From IMG/VR virus record IMGVR_UViG_3300012942_000119, positions 1 through 27,348 of that record: a DNA stretch of 27,348 nt, one strand, 5' to 3'. Of the stretch, positions 1 to 7,873 are shown piece by piece. The notes beneath the pieces are model-generated. The model saw only the letters and a program-made list of their open reading frames with translations, was not told the origin of the DNA and did no database searches. This DNA comes from a virus (Duplodnaviria > Caudoviricetes). Every line of letters starts with the position of its first letter. The stretch's first letter is position 1. Position numbers and translations under genes: made by a program.

Positions 1-1
1 A

Positions 2-31
2 TTGACCTCGCCGCCGCATTTGCGCTATACT
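2..31 (+). promoter_or_regulatory. sigma70-type promoter of the tRNA gene
   Basis: TTGACC (2-7), 18-nt spacer, TATACT (26-31), 15 nt upstream of the mature tRNA 5' end. Confidence 0.75.
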
Positions 32-46
32 CTTTTCTTCGACGGA

Positions 47-123
<77 letters not shown>

Positions 124-237
124 GTGCAGGCAAGGCGCATAGCCGTTTTGCATGTCTACCGTAACTGTCCTGTTCGTCGCGTAGGACATTCACAGGACAA
201 TTGCCGCAGATTTTATGCGAACTGTCGCCGCAAAATG

Positions 238-260
238 AACCCGCCCCGAGCGGGTTTTTT
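238..260 (+). terminator. Rho-independent terminator downstream of the tRNA
   Basis: AACCCGC-cccga-GCGGGTT followed by TTTT. Confidence 0.85.
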
Positions 261-435
261 GTTGTCTGTTGATCCACGACACCTTCCGCACGGTCCCTCT
301 TTCGCGCTACGCCGGCCACTCGCACCGGAACGCCAGATGTTAGCGTCGCTGTCTTTCCCGCATGGATTGATCTAGTCTGACGGAATATGTGCGGCCGTCT
401 TCGCGGTCCGCGCCTGCATTTCGGGAGACGGCACG

Positions 436-1551
436 ATGACATACGGTCTTGATATGTCGGCGGTGCGCTACGTGACCGACGATTCAGGGAAACGGATCGA
501 CGCGGTAATCCCCGTCACAATGTTTTCCGCGCTAACTACATTCTGGATCGAAGCGCGACGAGCGGAGACGGCGCGCATTGAAGCGCGAACGCCAATGCGC
601 GCCTATAGGGGGTCATTGCAGGACCTCCCCAGTCTATCAAACGGTCACGCTCCGGACACGCAAGACAACCGACAGATAACGAGGAACAAAGAGCCTGCCG
701 CGGGGGGCAAATTTGGCCGCCGCTGGGCCGATCTGTTGTCTAACCTTCCTGCCGCATTGGACCAGGGGAACGACGCCAGCGGAGCGCCTGCAACACTGTC
801 CGCCGGCGACCTTTCGCCCGCTACCGAATCCGCACCATCCGTCAACGAACTCACCCCCCGCGGCCAACGTACTCCGCAAGTTTTTTTCGCTCGCCAATTC
901 GAGCAGGCTCCGCCTGTTGAAATCATCGAGGCGGTGCAGCGCGGCGTGTACTTCCTGCGCGCCTGGCGCGATTACCGGAAGCTGACGCGCCCGGACGTGG
1001 CTGAGCTGTTCGGCAAGACACCGGATACCATCAACTGGCACGAGAACGGTTATTCACGGCCGAAGCCCGAAACGCTCGTGCGCTTCGCCGAGATTTTCGA
1101 TTGTCCGCTTGCGCAAATCACGCCGAAGGCCGGAAGCGACACGCGTCCGTGGCTCACCGTTGCCAGCGGCAACGGCGCGACCGCGAAAGCGGAAAAACCG
1201 GAACCACGCGCACCGGATGACACCGATTACCCGGACGTGGTGCTCGCACATATCATCGCCGGAAAAACGCCATTGACGGCATGGCGGCTCTACCGGCATT
1301 GCACGATTGCACAGCTCGCACAGCAGTACGGCTGCACCGCGAAGGCAATGCAACAGCTAGAGGATTTGCCGACACTGGGCGCCCGCGCGATCACGAAGCT
1401 ATGTCCAGTCCTGCACTGTACATCGGCACAATTGCTACGCCCCGCGGGTCTGGACATTCCGTCCGCACCGCTTCGCGTGCGCGAGGCGAGCACCGACGCG
1501 ACACTGAAACGGATACGCAAGCGCTCGGACAGCGAAACGCGTGCGAGTTGA
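436..1551 (+). CDS. XRE-family protein with two tandem HTH domains (HigA/antitoxin-like architecture)
   Basis: GGGAG RBS; two related blocks LRAWRDYRKLTRPDVAELFGKTPDTINWHENG...ETLVRFAEIFDC and LTAWRLYRHCTIAQLAQQYGCTAKAMQQLE...AITKLCPVLHC; N-terminus VRYVTDDSGKRIDAVIP. Confidence 0.8.
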   Translation: MTYGLDMSAVRYVTDDSGKRIDAVIPVTMFSALTTFWIEARRAETARIEARTPMRAYRGSLQDLPSLSNGHAPDTQDNRQITRNKEPAAGGKFGRRWADLLSNLPAALDQGNDASGAPATLSAGDLSPATESAPSVNELTPRGQRTPQVFFARQFEQAPPVEIIEAVQRGVYFLRAWRDYRKLTRPDVAELFGKTPDTINWHENGYSRPKPETLVRFAEIFDCPLAQITPKAGSDTRPWLTVASGNGATAKAEKPEPRAPDDTDYPDVVLAHIIAGKTPLTAWRLYRHCTIAQLAQQYGCTAKAMQQLEDLPTLGARAITKLCPVLHCTSAQLLRPAGLDIPSAPLRVREASTDATLKRIRKRSDSETRAS

Positions 1552-1572
1552 CACGCCGACACGCGAACAGAC

Positions 1573-1597
1573 AAGCTGCGCACCGCGCTTTTTTTTT
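1573..1597 (+). terminator. probable weak intrinsic terminator after the XRE gene
   Basis: Short GC stem (AAGCtGCG-cac-CGCGCTT) running into a 9-T tract (1589-1597). Confidence 0.5.
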
Positions 1598-1606
1598 GCG
1601 CCTATG

Positions 1607-1626
1607 GGTATTCCGAACAGAATACC
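1607..1626. promoter_or_regulatory. palindromic operator-like site
   Basis: Perfect inverted repeat GGTATTC-N6-GAATACC; GAATAC half-site repeated at 1641-1646. Confidence 0.5.
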
Positions 1627-1681
1627 GGGCGTATCGCCAAGAATACTTTGGCCAGTAGTTGGTAACAAACATATAGCCAGT

Positions 1682-1690
1682 TGATATAGT
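1682..1690 (+). promoter_or_regulatory. extended -10 promoter for the RHH gene cluster
   Basis: TGaTATAGT 27 nt upstream of ATG 1718, which has a GGAG RBS. Confidence 0.55.
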
Positions 1691-1717
1691 GCCCGCATCA
1701 CTAAAGCGGAGCACAAC

Positions 1718-1957
1718 ATGCCTACGGGAAACGCACGCAGACGCGATCGGCAACGACCGGCCAATCAGCCGGACAGCATGGACCAGACGCGCCCGCGGGC
1801 CAGCGGGCGGACAAAGAAAATCGGGATGACAGTCGATGTTGACTTGCTCGCGCGCATTGATGCTCACGCGCGGCGGCTAGGCATACAGCGCAGCGCGCTT
1901 CTGTCCGTCGCCGCAAGCATGTTCATGGATAACCTGCTGGAGAGGCGACGGGAATGA
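1718..1957 (+). CDS. ribbon-helix-helix (CopG-like) DNA-binding protein
   Basis: KKIGMTVDVDLLARIDAHARRLGIQRSALLSVAA fits the RHH strand-helix-G-x-x-R-S-helix pattern; RBS present. Confidence 0.8.
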   Translation: MPTGNARRRDRQRPANQPDSMDQTRPRASGRTKKIGMTVDVDLLARIDAHARRLGIQRSALLSVAASMFMDNLLERRRE

Positions 1958-2412
1958 ACCAGGTACGGGCAGCGTTCACGATTGACGATGCCCTGCTGGA
2001 ACGCGTAGCGCAGTACGCGTGCCGCAGGGGTTTGACGCCCGATGAAGTTTTCAGGAAAAGCGCCGCAACGTTGATACAGTTCATCGAACCGAATGCGTCG
2101 CTTTTGCCAGTTGAACTTGAAATGTGCGCACTCTGCGAGGCGGAGGGTTACACCGATTACCGCGTATTTGCGAGGGGGCGCGATGCGTGTATTGCGCCGT
2201 TCGCCTTTTCGGTGGCGAAAGTCGCGGACATGACACGCGACGGCTACGGCTACGGCGCACGATGGTGTTATGCGACGATCGGGGCCGCGCGCGCTGCACT
2301 TGCGGCATGGGATGGTGCGACGGACAGCGAGCCGCAGGGCTGGCACCGCCATCCGGCGACAGGCCGGCGGCGGCCGGATGGCGACCCGGCGCGCGAACAC
2401 ATCGGGTTATGA
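1954..2412 (+). CDS. RHH-like N-terminus fused to an uncharacterised phage-type domain
   Basis: ATGA-coupled to the upstream gene; VRAAFTIDDALLERVAQYACRRGLTPDEVFRK; C-terminal RWCY...AALAAWDG...EPQGWHRHPATGRRRPDGD. Confidence 0.7.
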   Translation: MNQVRAAFTIDDALLERVAQYACRRGLTPDEVFRKSAATLIQFIEPNASLLPVELEMCALCEAEGYTDYRVFARGRDACIAPFAFSVAKVADMTRDGYGYGARWCYATIGAARAALAAWDGATDSEPQGWHRHPATGRRRPDGDPAREHIGL

Positions 2413-2421
2413 GCGCGTGTC

Positions 2422-2757
2422 GTGAACGCCGCGTCGCACAGTCAGCGACGCACGCCCGCAACGTCGAGGCAAACGGCGGCCCCGGCACCAGGGGCCACTA
2501 TCAACCGGCGCGGCCGTCCGAATGGACATGCCGCGCCGTTGGCTGGTTCACTTGAGGCGCAGTTATGGTCACTGCGCCCTAAGGGATTCATGCTGATTCC
2601 CGATGGACCGGCGGGGCGTCGCGCCAGCACCCGTGCAATCGCGATGATTGCCGGGCGCGATTCGACGCGCGCGTATAAAACAGAGCTTTGGTTCGCCATC
2701 CATCATGCGGGCATCGGGGAAGTAATGCGCATGTTGCGGATCGAGCGCACGGCGTAG
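2422..2757 (+). CDS. hypothetical protein
   Basis: Fills the gap and ends 3 nt from the convergent gene; weak GTG start, no recognisable motif. Confidence 0.4.
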   Translation: MNAASHSQRRTPATSRQTAAPAPGATINRRGRPNGHAAPLAGSLEAQLWSLRPKGFMLIPDGPAGRRASTRAIAMIAGRDSTRAYKTELWFAIHHAGIGEVMRMLRIERTA

Positions 2758-2760
2758 CGT

Positions 2761-3033
2761 TCAGGGATCACGCTCCCCGCGCGGGGTAACGGGCAATTGG
2801 CGGCCCAACAGCAATCCGCCGAGTGCAAGGCACCAGGCTGCGGTGATGAGTGGCTCACCCGGCCATATCGCGCTGTAGTGCAACCAGATAAGCCCTACCA
2901 GATTCCATAACGTGCCCGCCAGGATCACACCAAACACCGCACGCCAGAACAGCGGCTGTTTCGGTAGCACGATCATCCACGCGGACGCGACGGCGAGCGC
3001 GACTTGCAGCAACGCATAAACGGCAATCATCAT
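2761..3033 (-). CDS. small three-TM membrane protein of the lysis cassette (holin/antiholin-like)
   Basis: Three hydrophobic segments in 90 aa; 4-nt overlap with the upstream gene; last gene of the late operon. Confidence 0.65.
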   Translation of the reverse strand: MMIAVYALLQVALAVASAWMIVLPKQPLFWRAVFGVILAGTLWNLVGLIWLHYSAIWPGEPLITAAWCLALGGLLLGRQLPVTPRGERDP

Positions 3034-3446
3034 TTTCCCGGCTCCCCGTTTGACGCGGCCGGTTTGCTTTGCGCCTCCTTGCTATCCACCGTCGCGCGAT
3101 GGGCGAAGCGGTCAGCCAGTCTGTCCGCGAACCGGTCGGCCACGTTGTCGCCACGCCGCTGTACGAGATGGACTACGACTTCCATGACGAGCGGGCCAAT
3201 TGCGCCGACCGCGAATGCGGTTGCACGCTGCATTTCGAGCGTTTCCGTTGCTAGCCAGTGCAGATCAATGGCGGGCGCAACGAATAGCGCCATCAACGCG
3301 CCGGTTGCAACATGGGCGACCTTCGCGACGGTCTCCCGTGGTGTCACGACGACAATACGAACCAGCGCGCCTGCGATGCCGGCTGCAAATATCCATACCG
3401 GCTCGCGATACACGGGCACCGGGACGTCAAGGATATGAATGTCCAT
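3030..3446 (-). CDS. putative holin
   Basis: Start re-called at ATG 3446 (TGATG overlap with the endolysin stop); about three hydrophobic segments and a charged C-terminal tail. Confidence 0.65.
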   Translation of the reverse strand: MDIHILDVPVPVYREPVWIFAAGIAGALVRIVVVTPRETVAKVAHVATGALMALFVAPAIDLHWLATETLEMQRATAFAVGAIGPLVMEVVVHLVQRRGDNVADRFADRLADRFAHRATVDSKEAQSKPAASNGEPGK

Positions 3447-4087
3447 CACGCAATCGCAAAGGCGGTTTTCGCAGCGGCCCAATAGGTCACGCGCTTTTCG
3501 TGCTGGTCCATCGCCGGCCCGTTGATGATGCGCGTCACCTGCGCGAAGTCGCCTTTGTCAGCGGCTTCGTTGCAACCATTCGCGAACCAGAACCACGCCG
3601 CCGAGCGGGCCGCGAGCGTGTCATCGGTCGCGAGCTTGTCAGGATTCTCCAACAGGTCTACGCCGAGCGCCCGCCCACAAGCGCGGTAGTTGTCGCGGAA
3701 CGTGATCTGTTTCAGCCCACGGCCCCGATAGCGCCATCCATCGCCGCTTGCCGCGTCGCCGTTACCGTAGCGGTTCCCATAAGCGAGGTTCGCGATTTGC
3801 CGTTGCCGGTCGATCGGCACGGCGGTTTCGTTCGGATGCCTGCCAAGTTGTGCGCGCATGGCGGCGGGAACGCGCGAAAAAATCGCCAGTGCTTCGGGCC
3901 GGTAGTTGAATGATTCCGTCAGCTGCGTGAGCCCTCCCGATTCATGCCGAATCTGCGCAAGGAACGCCGCACGACGCGCAGGAGTGCTGATTCCGAACTC
4001 GCCCATTGCAGCCGATACCGGTCCATGCCAGCGGTCAGCAAGTGAATCTGAAAGCGATAGCGCCTTCTGAAAAGTGTTCCTGTCCAT
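3446..4087 (-). CDS. glycoside hydrolase family 19 endolysin
   Basis: AAFLAQIRHESGG, YGNRYGNG...GDGWRYRGRGLKQIT, ARSAAWFW and VTRIING motifs; start re-called at MDRNTF. Confidence 0.93.
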   Translation of the reverse strand: MDRNTFQKALSLSDSLADRWHGPVSAAMGEFGISTPARRAAFLAQIRHESGGLTQLTESFNYRPEALAIFSRVPAAMRAQLGRHPNETAVPIDRQRQIANLAYGNRYGNGDAASGDGWRYRGRGLKQITFRDNYRACGRALGVDLLENPDKLATDDTLAARSAAWFWFANGCNEAADKGDFAQVTRIINGPAMDQHEKRVTYWAAAKTAFAIA

Positions 4088-4099
4088 AGCGCACACCCC

Positions 4100-4124
4100 A
4101 AAAAAAATCCGCCCGAATGGGCGG
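4100..4124 (-). terminator. intrinsic terminator directly upstream of the endolysin
   Basis: Minus strand CCGCCC-attc-GGGCGG then A and an 8-T tract. Confidence 0.75.
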
Positions 4125-4226
4125 CCCACATAAAGCCGTTGCAACGAAACCAGCTGTACTCACGGACGATCAGCAGACCGTCACCATTGGCGGCAGTGCA
4201 GATCGTTCGTTCCCCTCTCCAGCCCA

Positions 4227-5912
4227 TCAGGAAATCTTGACGAAACTGAGATTGCCGCTCGGAATCAATACACGGCTGTTAGTGCCGATAATCTTCGTTA
4301 AACCGGCCCACACGGGATTGGCCGGTGTAACGCCAGTGAGCACGCCCGCGAGGGTCCAGCTGCCCGCCGCGTCCGTGCCTGGGCCAGAAAAACCCATAGA
4401 TCCCAATTCCGGACTCGCCGGATAAGCCTGCAAGGCGTGCGGAATCGATCCCGGAAACGGGTAGTTCATACCTACTGCGTAGATCGCCTGAACCGGGAAG
4501 ACGTAGATATCCGTGTACGCGGCGGTGAGCGCCATCGTGCCTGTCACAAGGTAGTCACCTGCCGGAAGATTCGCGGAGCCGTCGACATTCGTCGTTACGA
4601 CCAGGCCGTTCGCAGAGGCCAGCCCCAGGTTAATCTGGAGCCAGGTGCCCTGATCAATGCAAGTGGAATCCTGGATATAAGGAATGGTCAGGTGCGGCAG
4701 TCCACCGATCGCGGGCCTGTCCAGCAGGTCGTTATAGCTGCCAGTCTTTGCCACCTCCGCGAGGCCCGTGACATTTGCGGCGGTAAGCTGCGGTGACTCC
4801 ACGATCCAGTTCGATCCATCCGAAACGAGATGGGTAACACCGAGCACAGCCGCCACGGAGTAAGTCGTCGCTGTATTCGATGCAACGCCCGCACTGTTGA
4901 TGTAGGTGCCCGGCGGGGCCGCGACGGTCTGCGTATAGCCGGTTGTGTTAAGCAAGCCGATGCGGACTCCCGCGCGATCGACGGGTATAGGTAGCGTCGT
5001 CGTATGTGCCGTGCCGGAGATAGCGACAAGCGCACCGTAAGACGAAGCGCCGAGGGTGAGCGTGCCGGGCGACGCAATGGTGCCGTTGTAATTGCCTAGC
5101 GCACGTTGCACGAACGCCGTTGTCGCGAGATCCAGTCCGCTCGAAAACTGCGCGGCTGTTCGCGCGTGCGTGTACGAGTATTGTAGTAACGCCGTTCCGG
5201 CTGTCATATCCCAGTACACGTTGCCGACCCATACGAACACCGCCCAGTCACCGCCCTGCAGCGTGATCGATGCACGATGGGCGCCGCCACCGCGCAGGAT
5301 GTTGCCGCCCTGTGCCTCGAACGTCACGCCACCGGCATTGGAGTTGTAGATCCAGTACGCCGAACATGCCGGCACCTCACCGGACGCGAGTTCGGGGAAA
5401 TATAGCGTGCAGGCCGTCGTACCCTGCGTATTGATGAGACCTTCGAGCCATGCCGGCGACAGTACCGGGTCAGTCAGCGCATCTGTGTCGAGCAACGCAC
5501 GCCGATTGAGGAAGCTGCCTGGCTTGGGCTTGTTGAGGACTTCCGCGACGCCGCCAGTTGCAAGCCAGTCGGAATTGACCTGTGCAGCGGGAATAACCGG
5601 CTTGTTGTCGAGATCGTTGTATTCGCCGGTCGTCGCGACCGCGGCAAGCTGGGCGATTGCATCGCTCACCGCAGACGCGATCGTGTTGACAAGCCCGGTT
5701 GCAAGTTGATCGACCTGCGTATAGTCGGGCACGCCGCCAAGCGCGACGACCGCGTTACGCATTTCCTCCGTTATCAGGTGATACCACCACGCTCCGGGCA
5801 CGGTGCCGTCGATGCCAACGGACGGCTTGCCGTTTGCCGGATAGCCGCCCACATTCGAATCGGGCGCAACGGGCGAACTTGTTACTCCACCTGATTGCCA
5901 GTAGCGATCCAT
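4227..5912 (-). CDS. long tail fibre / receptor-binding protein
   Basis: Start re-called at MDRYWQ; anchor PGAWWYHLITEEMRNAV; VATTGEYNDLDNKP and VAKTGSYNDLLDRP repeats; LATTAFVQRALGN fibre motif. Confidence 0.85.
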   Translation of the reverse strand: MDRYWQSGGVTSSPVAPDSNVGGYPANGKPSVGIDGTVPGAWWYHLITEEMRNAVVALGGVPDYTQVDQLATGLVNTIASAVSDAIAQLAAVATTGEYNDLDNKPVIPAAQVNSDWLATGGVAEVLNKPKPGSFLNRRALLDTDALTDPVLSPAWLEGLINTQGTTACTLYFPELASGEVPACSAYWIYNSNAGGVTFEAQGGNILRGGGAHRASITLQGGDWAVFVWVGNVYWDMTAGTALLQYSYTHARTAAQFSSGLDLATTAFVQRALGNYNGTIASPGTLTLGASSYGALVAISGTAHTTTLPIPVDRAGVRIGLLNTTGYTQTVAAPPGTYINSAGVASNTATTYSVAAVLGVTHLVSDGSNWIVESPQLTAANVTGLAEVAKTGSYNDLLDRPAIGGLPHLTIPYIQDSTCIDQGTWLQINLGLASANGLVVTTNVDGSANLPAGDYLVTGTMALTAAYTDIYVFPVQAIYAVGMNYPFPGSIPHALQAYPASPELGSMGFSGPGTDAAGSWTLAGVLTGVTPANPVWAGLTKIIGTNSRVLIPSGNLSFVKIS

Positions 5913-5922
5913 GATGGCAGTC

Positions 5923-6477
5923 TCAGTCGATCGCAACGATGTTCGAAGGGAACGGAATCGAGCCGCTACCGCTGCTTAGCGCAAGCAGTGTCTGGTTGCA
6001 GCCCGATACGTAACGTTGCGCTGCGCGTGCAAACGCCATGAAGGTGAGCGTGTCCGGGAACGTATGCAACGAACCGCCAGCATCCGGCCACGGCAAGACG
6101 GATTCGCCGGGCGCGAATTCATCGTGGGTCGCGATGAACTGCGATTCGTGGTTAATTGCAGCCATGCTGTCGGGCGATACGCTGTAGGTCGCATCGAGTT
6201 CGGGCGTCGCCGCGCACGTAACGATAAGTCCGGCCGCAATCGCGGCGGCGTACTGTTCGTTCGCCGTCGGCGGCGGCGGCGGATCGTAGGGGCCGATCTC
6301 ACCCCATTGTCCGGCAACCAGTTCAGCGTAAATTTCGCGCCCATGCTGGGCCGTATCCGATGCTATCGCACCGAATGGCACGTAGTCGGAAAAGCCGGCG
6401 AATTTCACTTCGCACAGGATGACCGATTGATCGATGGCACCCCACACCGGGTTTCGAACGTCGGTGTGTTCCATCAC
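5923..6477 (-). CDS. tail fibre assembly chaperone (possible DUF4376-like C-terminus)
   Basis: VRNPVW...ILCEVKF...YVPFGA...D...HGREIYAELVAGQWGEIGPY motif; coupled to the upstream fibre gene. Confidence 0.75.
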   Translation of the reverse strand: MMEHTDVRNPVWGAIDQSVILCEVKFAGFSDYVPFGAIASDTAQHGREIYAELVAGQWGEIGPYDPPPPPTANEQYAAAIAAGLIVTCAATPELDATYSVSPDSMAAINHESQFIATHDEFAPGESVLPWPDAGGSLHTFPDTLTFMAFARAAQRYVSGCNQTLLALSSGSGSIPFPSNIVAID

Positions 6478-7211
6478 GCGATCCTCACGACCAGCGAGAA
6501 CGTATCGCTACCAGACGAGAACTGGCCGCAGCTTAGCCAGGTGCCGGGTTGCGTCGGGCCGTTATAGCGGACCTGCGGATTCGCGATCATCTGACCAGCC
6601 GTCAGAGAATTGCTGACGATGATGAAATTTCCGAGACCACCAAGGGCCATCGGTTGCAGATTGTTCGGTGTCCATGCATTGCCGGTCGAACCGGCCACAC
6701 TGTTGATCTGCCCTTGAAGATTGGCAATATTCGCCTGCAATTCCGGCTCGAAAACGATGTTGCCTTCGTCCGTCTGGTCGATGGTTACGCCAACGCCTGA
6801 CGCATCGGACCGCCAGCCGATGTACACCTTGTTTACGGCCTGATTGTTGCCGCCTCCCTGCTGGACAGGCGTAAAGCCGAGTGGTGCCTGTATCGCGGGC
6901 TTGTTGGTGAGGTCGTTATAGTTGCCTGTGGTCGCCACCGGGGCGAGCTGCGCAGACGCATTCGCGACCGCGGCTGCGACGTTGGCTATGATCGCGTTGG
7001 CGAGTTGATCCACCTGTTTGAAATCCGGCACGCCGCCGAGCTTGATGACGGCATTGCGGATTTCTTCGGTGACCTGGTGATACCACCACGCACCGGGCGT
7101 CGAAGCCGCGATGGCTGCAGGCAAATAGCCGTCAGTCGGATAAGTGCCTTCCGTGGATGCGGGCGTGGGCGGCGGATCGTCCGCGCCAGCGTTTTCCCAA
7201 TAGCGATCCAT
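6474..7211 (-). CDS. short tail fibre protein
   Basis: Follows the gp48-like gene; anchor PGAWWYHQVTEEIRNAV; LGFTPVQQGGG...NKVYIGW motif; C-terminal GTWLSCG...SLVVRIA. Confidence 0.85.
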   Translation of the reverse strand: MDRYWENAGADDPPPTPASTEGTYPTDGYLPAAIAASTPGAWWYHQVTEEIRNAVIKLGGVPDFKQVDQLANAIIANVAAAVANASAQLAPVATTGNYNDLTNKPAIQAPLGFTPVQQGGGNNQAVNKVYIGWRSDASGVGVTIDQTDEGNIVFEPELQANIANLQGQINSVAGSTGNAWTPNNLQPMALGGLGNFIIVSNSLTAGQMIANPQVRYNGPTQPGTWLSCGQFSSGSDTFSLVVRIA

Positions 7212-7223
7212 GATGAAGCGCGC

Positions 7224-7868
7224 TCAATCCGCGGAACTGTAGTTAAAGACGATCACGGTATGTGCGGGTGCGTAGCGGCGCAGCAGACAGGCCAGCGCCG
7301 TTTCGTTCGGCGTTGCGATATACGACGAGAGCGGATCGTGTACCGGGTCGTCCACGTGGTGCCAGTGCGGCGGCGGCACGCCGAGAACATTCACTGACCA
7401 TGTAAACGGCCAGTCTTCCCCGTAGATCGGAGCCGTTACCGGACGCGTCACCGTGTGCTGGTAATACTCGTCAATGGTGATGGTGTAGCCGAGCGAGGCC
7501 GCAAGTGCCACGAAGTACGGTATGGATTGCCCGCCCGTGCTAATGAACTTCGCGACAATCTGCTGGCGGTTTTCAATGTCGTTTGAAAATGGCCCGAAAC
7601 ACGGATCGGGTAGCCCCAGCGTCTGGTTCCATTCGTAGAGGAATTCCGTGGCGGATGCGGGAAACGCAGCAGCAATCAGCGTCAGTGCCGCACTGTCGAT
7701 GTTTTCGGCCGTCACGCCGAGCGCATTGAGCACCGCCGCCTGCGTGCCGTCGTCTTCGCGTAGCCAGACACGCCCGCGCGGCAGAAGCTTGCGCAGCACG
7801 CCCGCATAGTCTTCGCCGGTGTTGCGCGCCGGCACGATCACGGGCGCGGGTACGTGCTGCGTAGCCAT
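7224..7868 (-). CDS. baseplate protein, YmfQ/DUF2313 family (Mu gp48-like)
   Basis: LLPRGRVW, EWNQTLGLPDPC, GGQSIPYFVALAASLGY and CLLRRYAPAHT motifs; start taken at ATG 7868. Confidence 0.88.
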   Translation of the reverse strand: MATQHVPAPVIVPARNTGEDYAGVLRKLLPRGRVWLREDDGTQAAVLNALGVTAENIDSAALTLIAAAFPASATEFLYEWNQTLGLPDPCFGPFSNDIENRQQIVAKFISTGGQSIPYFVALAASLGYTITIDEYYQHTVTRPVTAPIYGEDWPFTWSVNVLGVPPPHWHHVDDPVHDPLSSYIATPNETALACLLRRYAPAHTVIVFNYSSAD

Positions 7869-7873
7869 GCACG

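Noticed and set aside
2409-2555. Alternative ATGA-coupled 48-aa ORF (MSACRERR...)
   Set aside because: Short and featureless; the 2422-2757 frame fills the gap better, although a frameshifted single gene cannot be excluded.
4154-4173. Possible LexA boxes (CTGT... here and at 165-195)
   Set aside because: Spacing does not fit CTG-N10-CAG.
4227-7211. Invertible fibre cassette or diversity-generating retroelement
   Set aside because: Both fibres are in the same orientation with full N-termini; no invertase, inverted crossover sites, reverse transcriptase or TR/VR pair seen.
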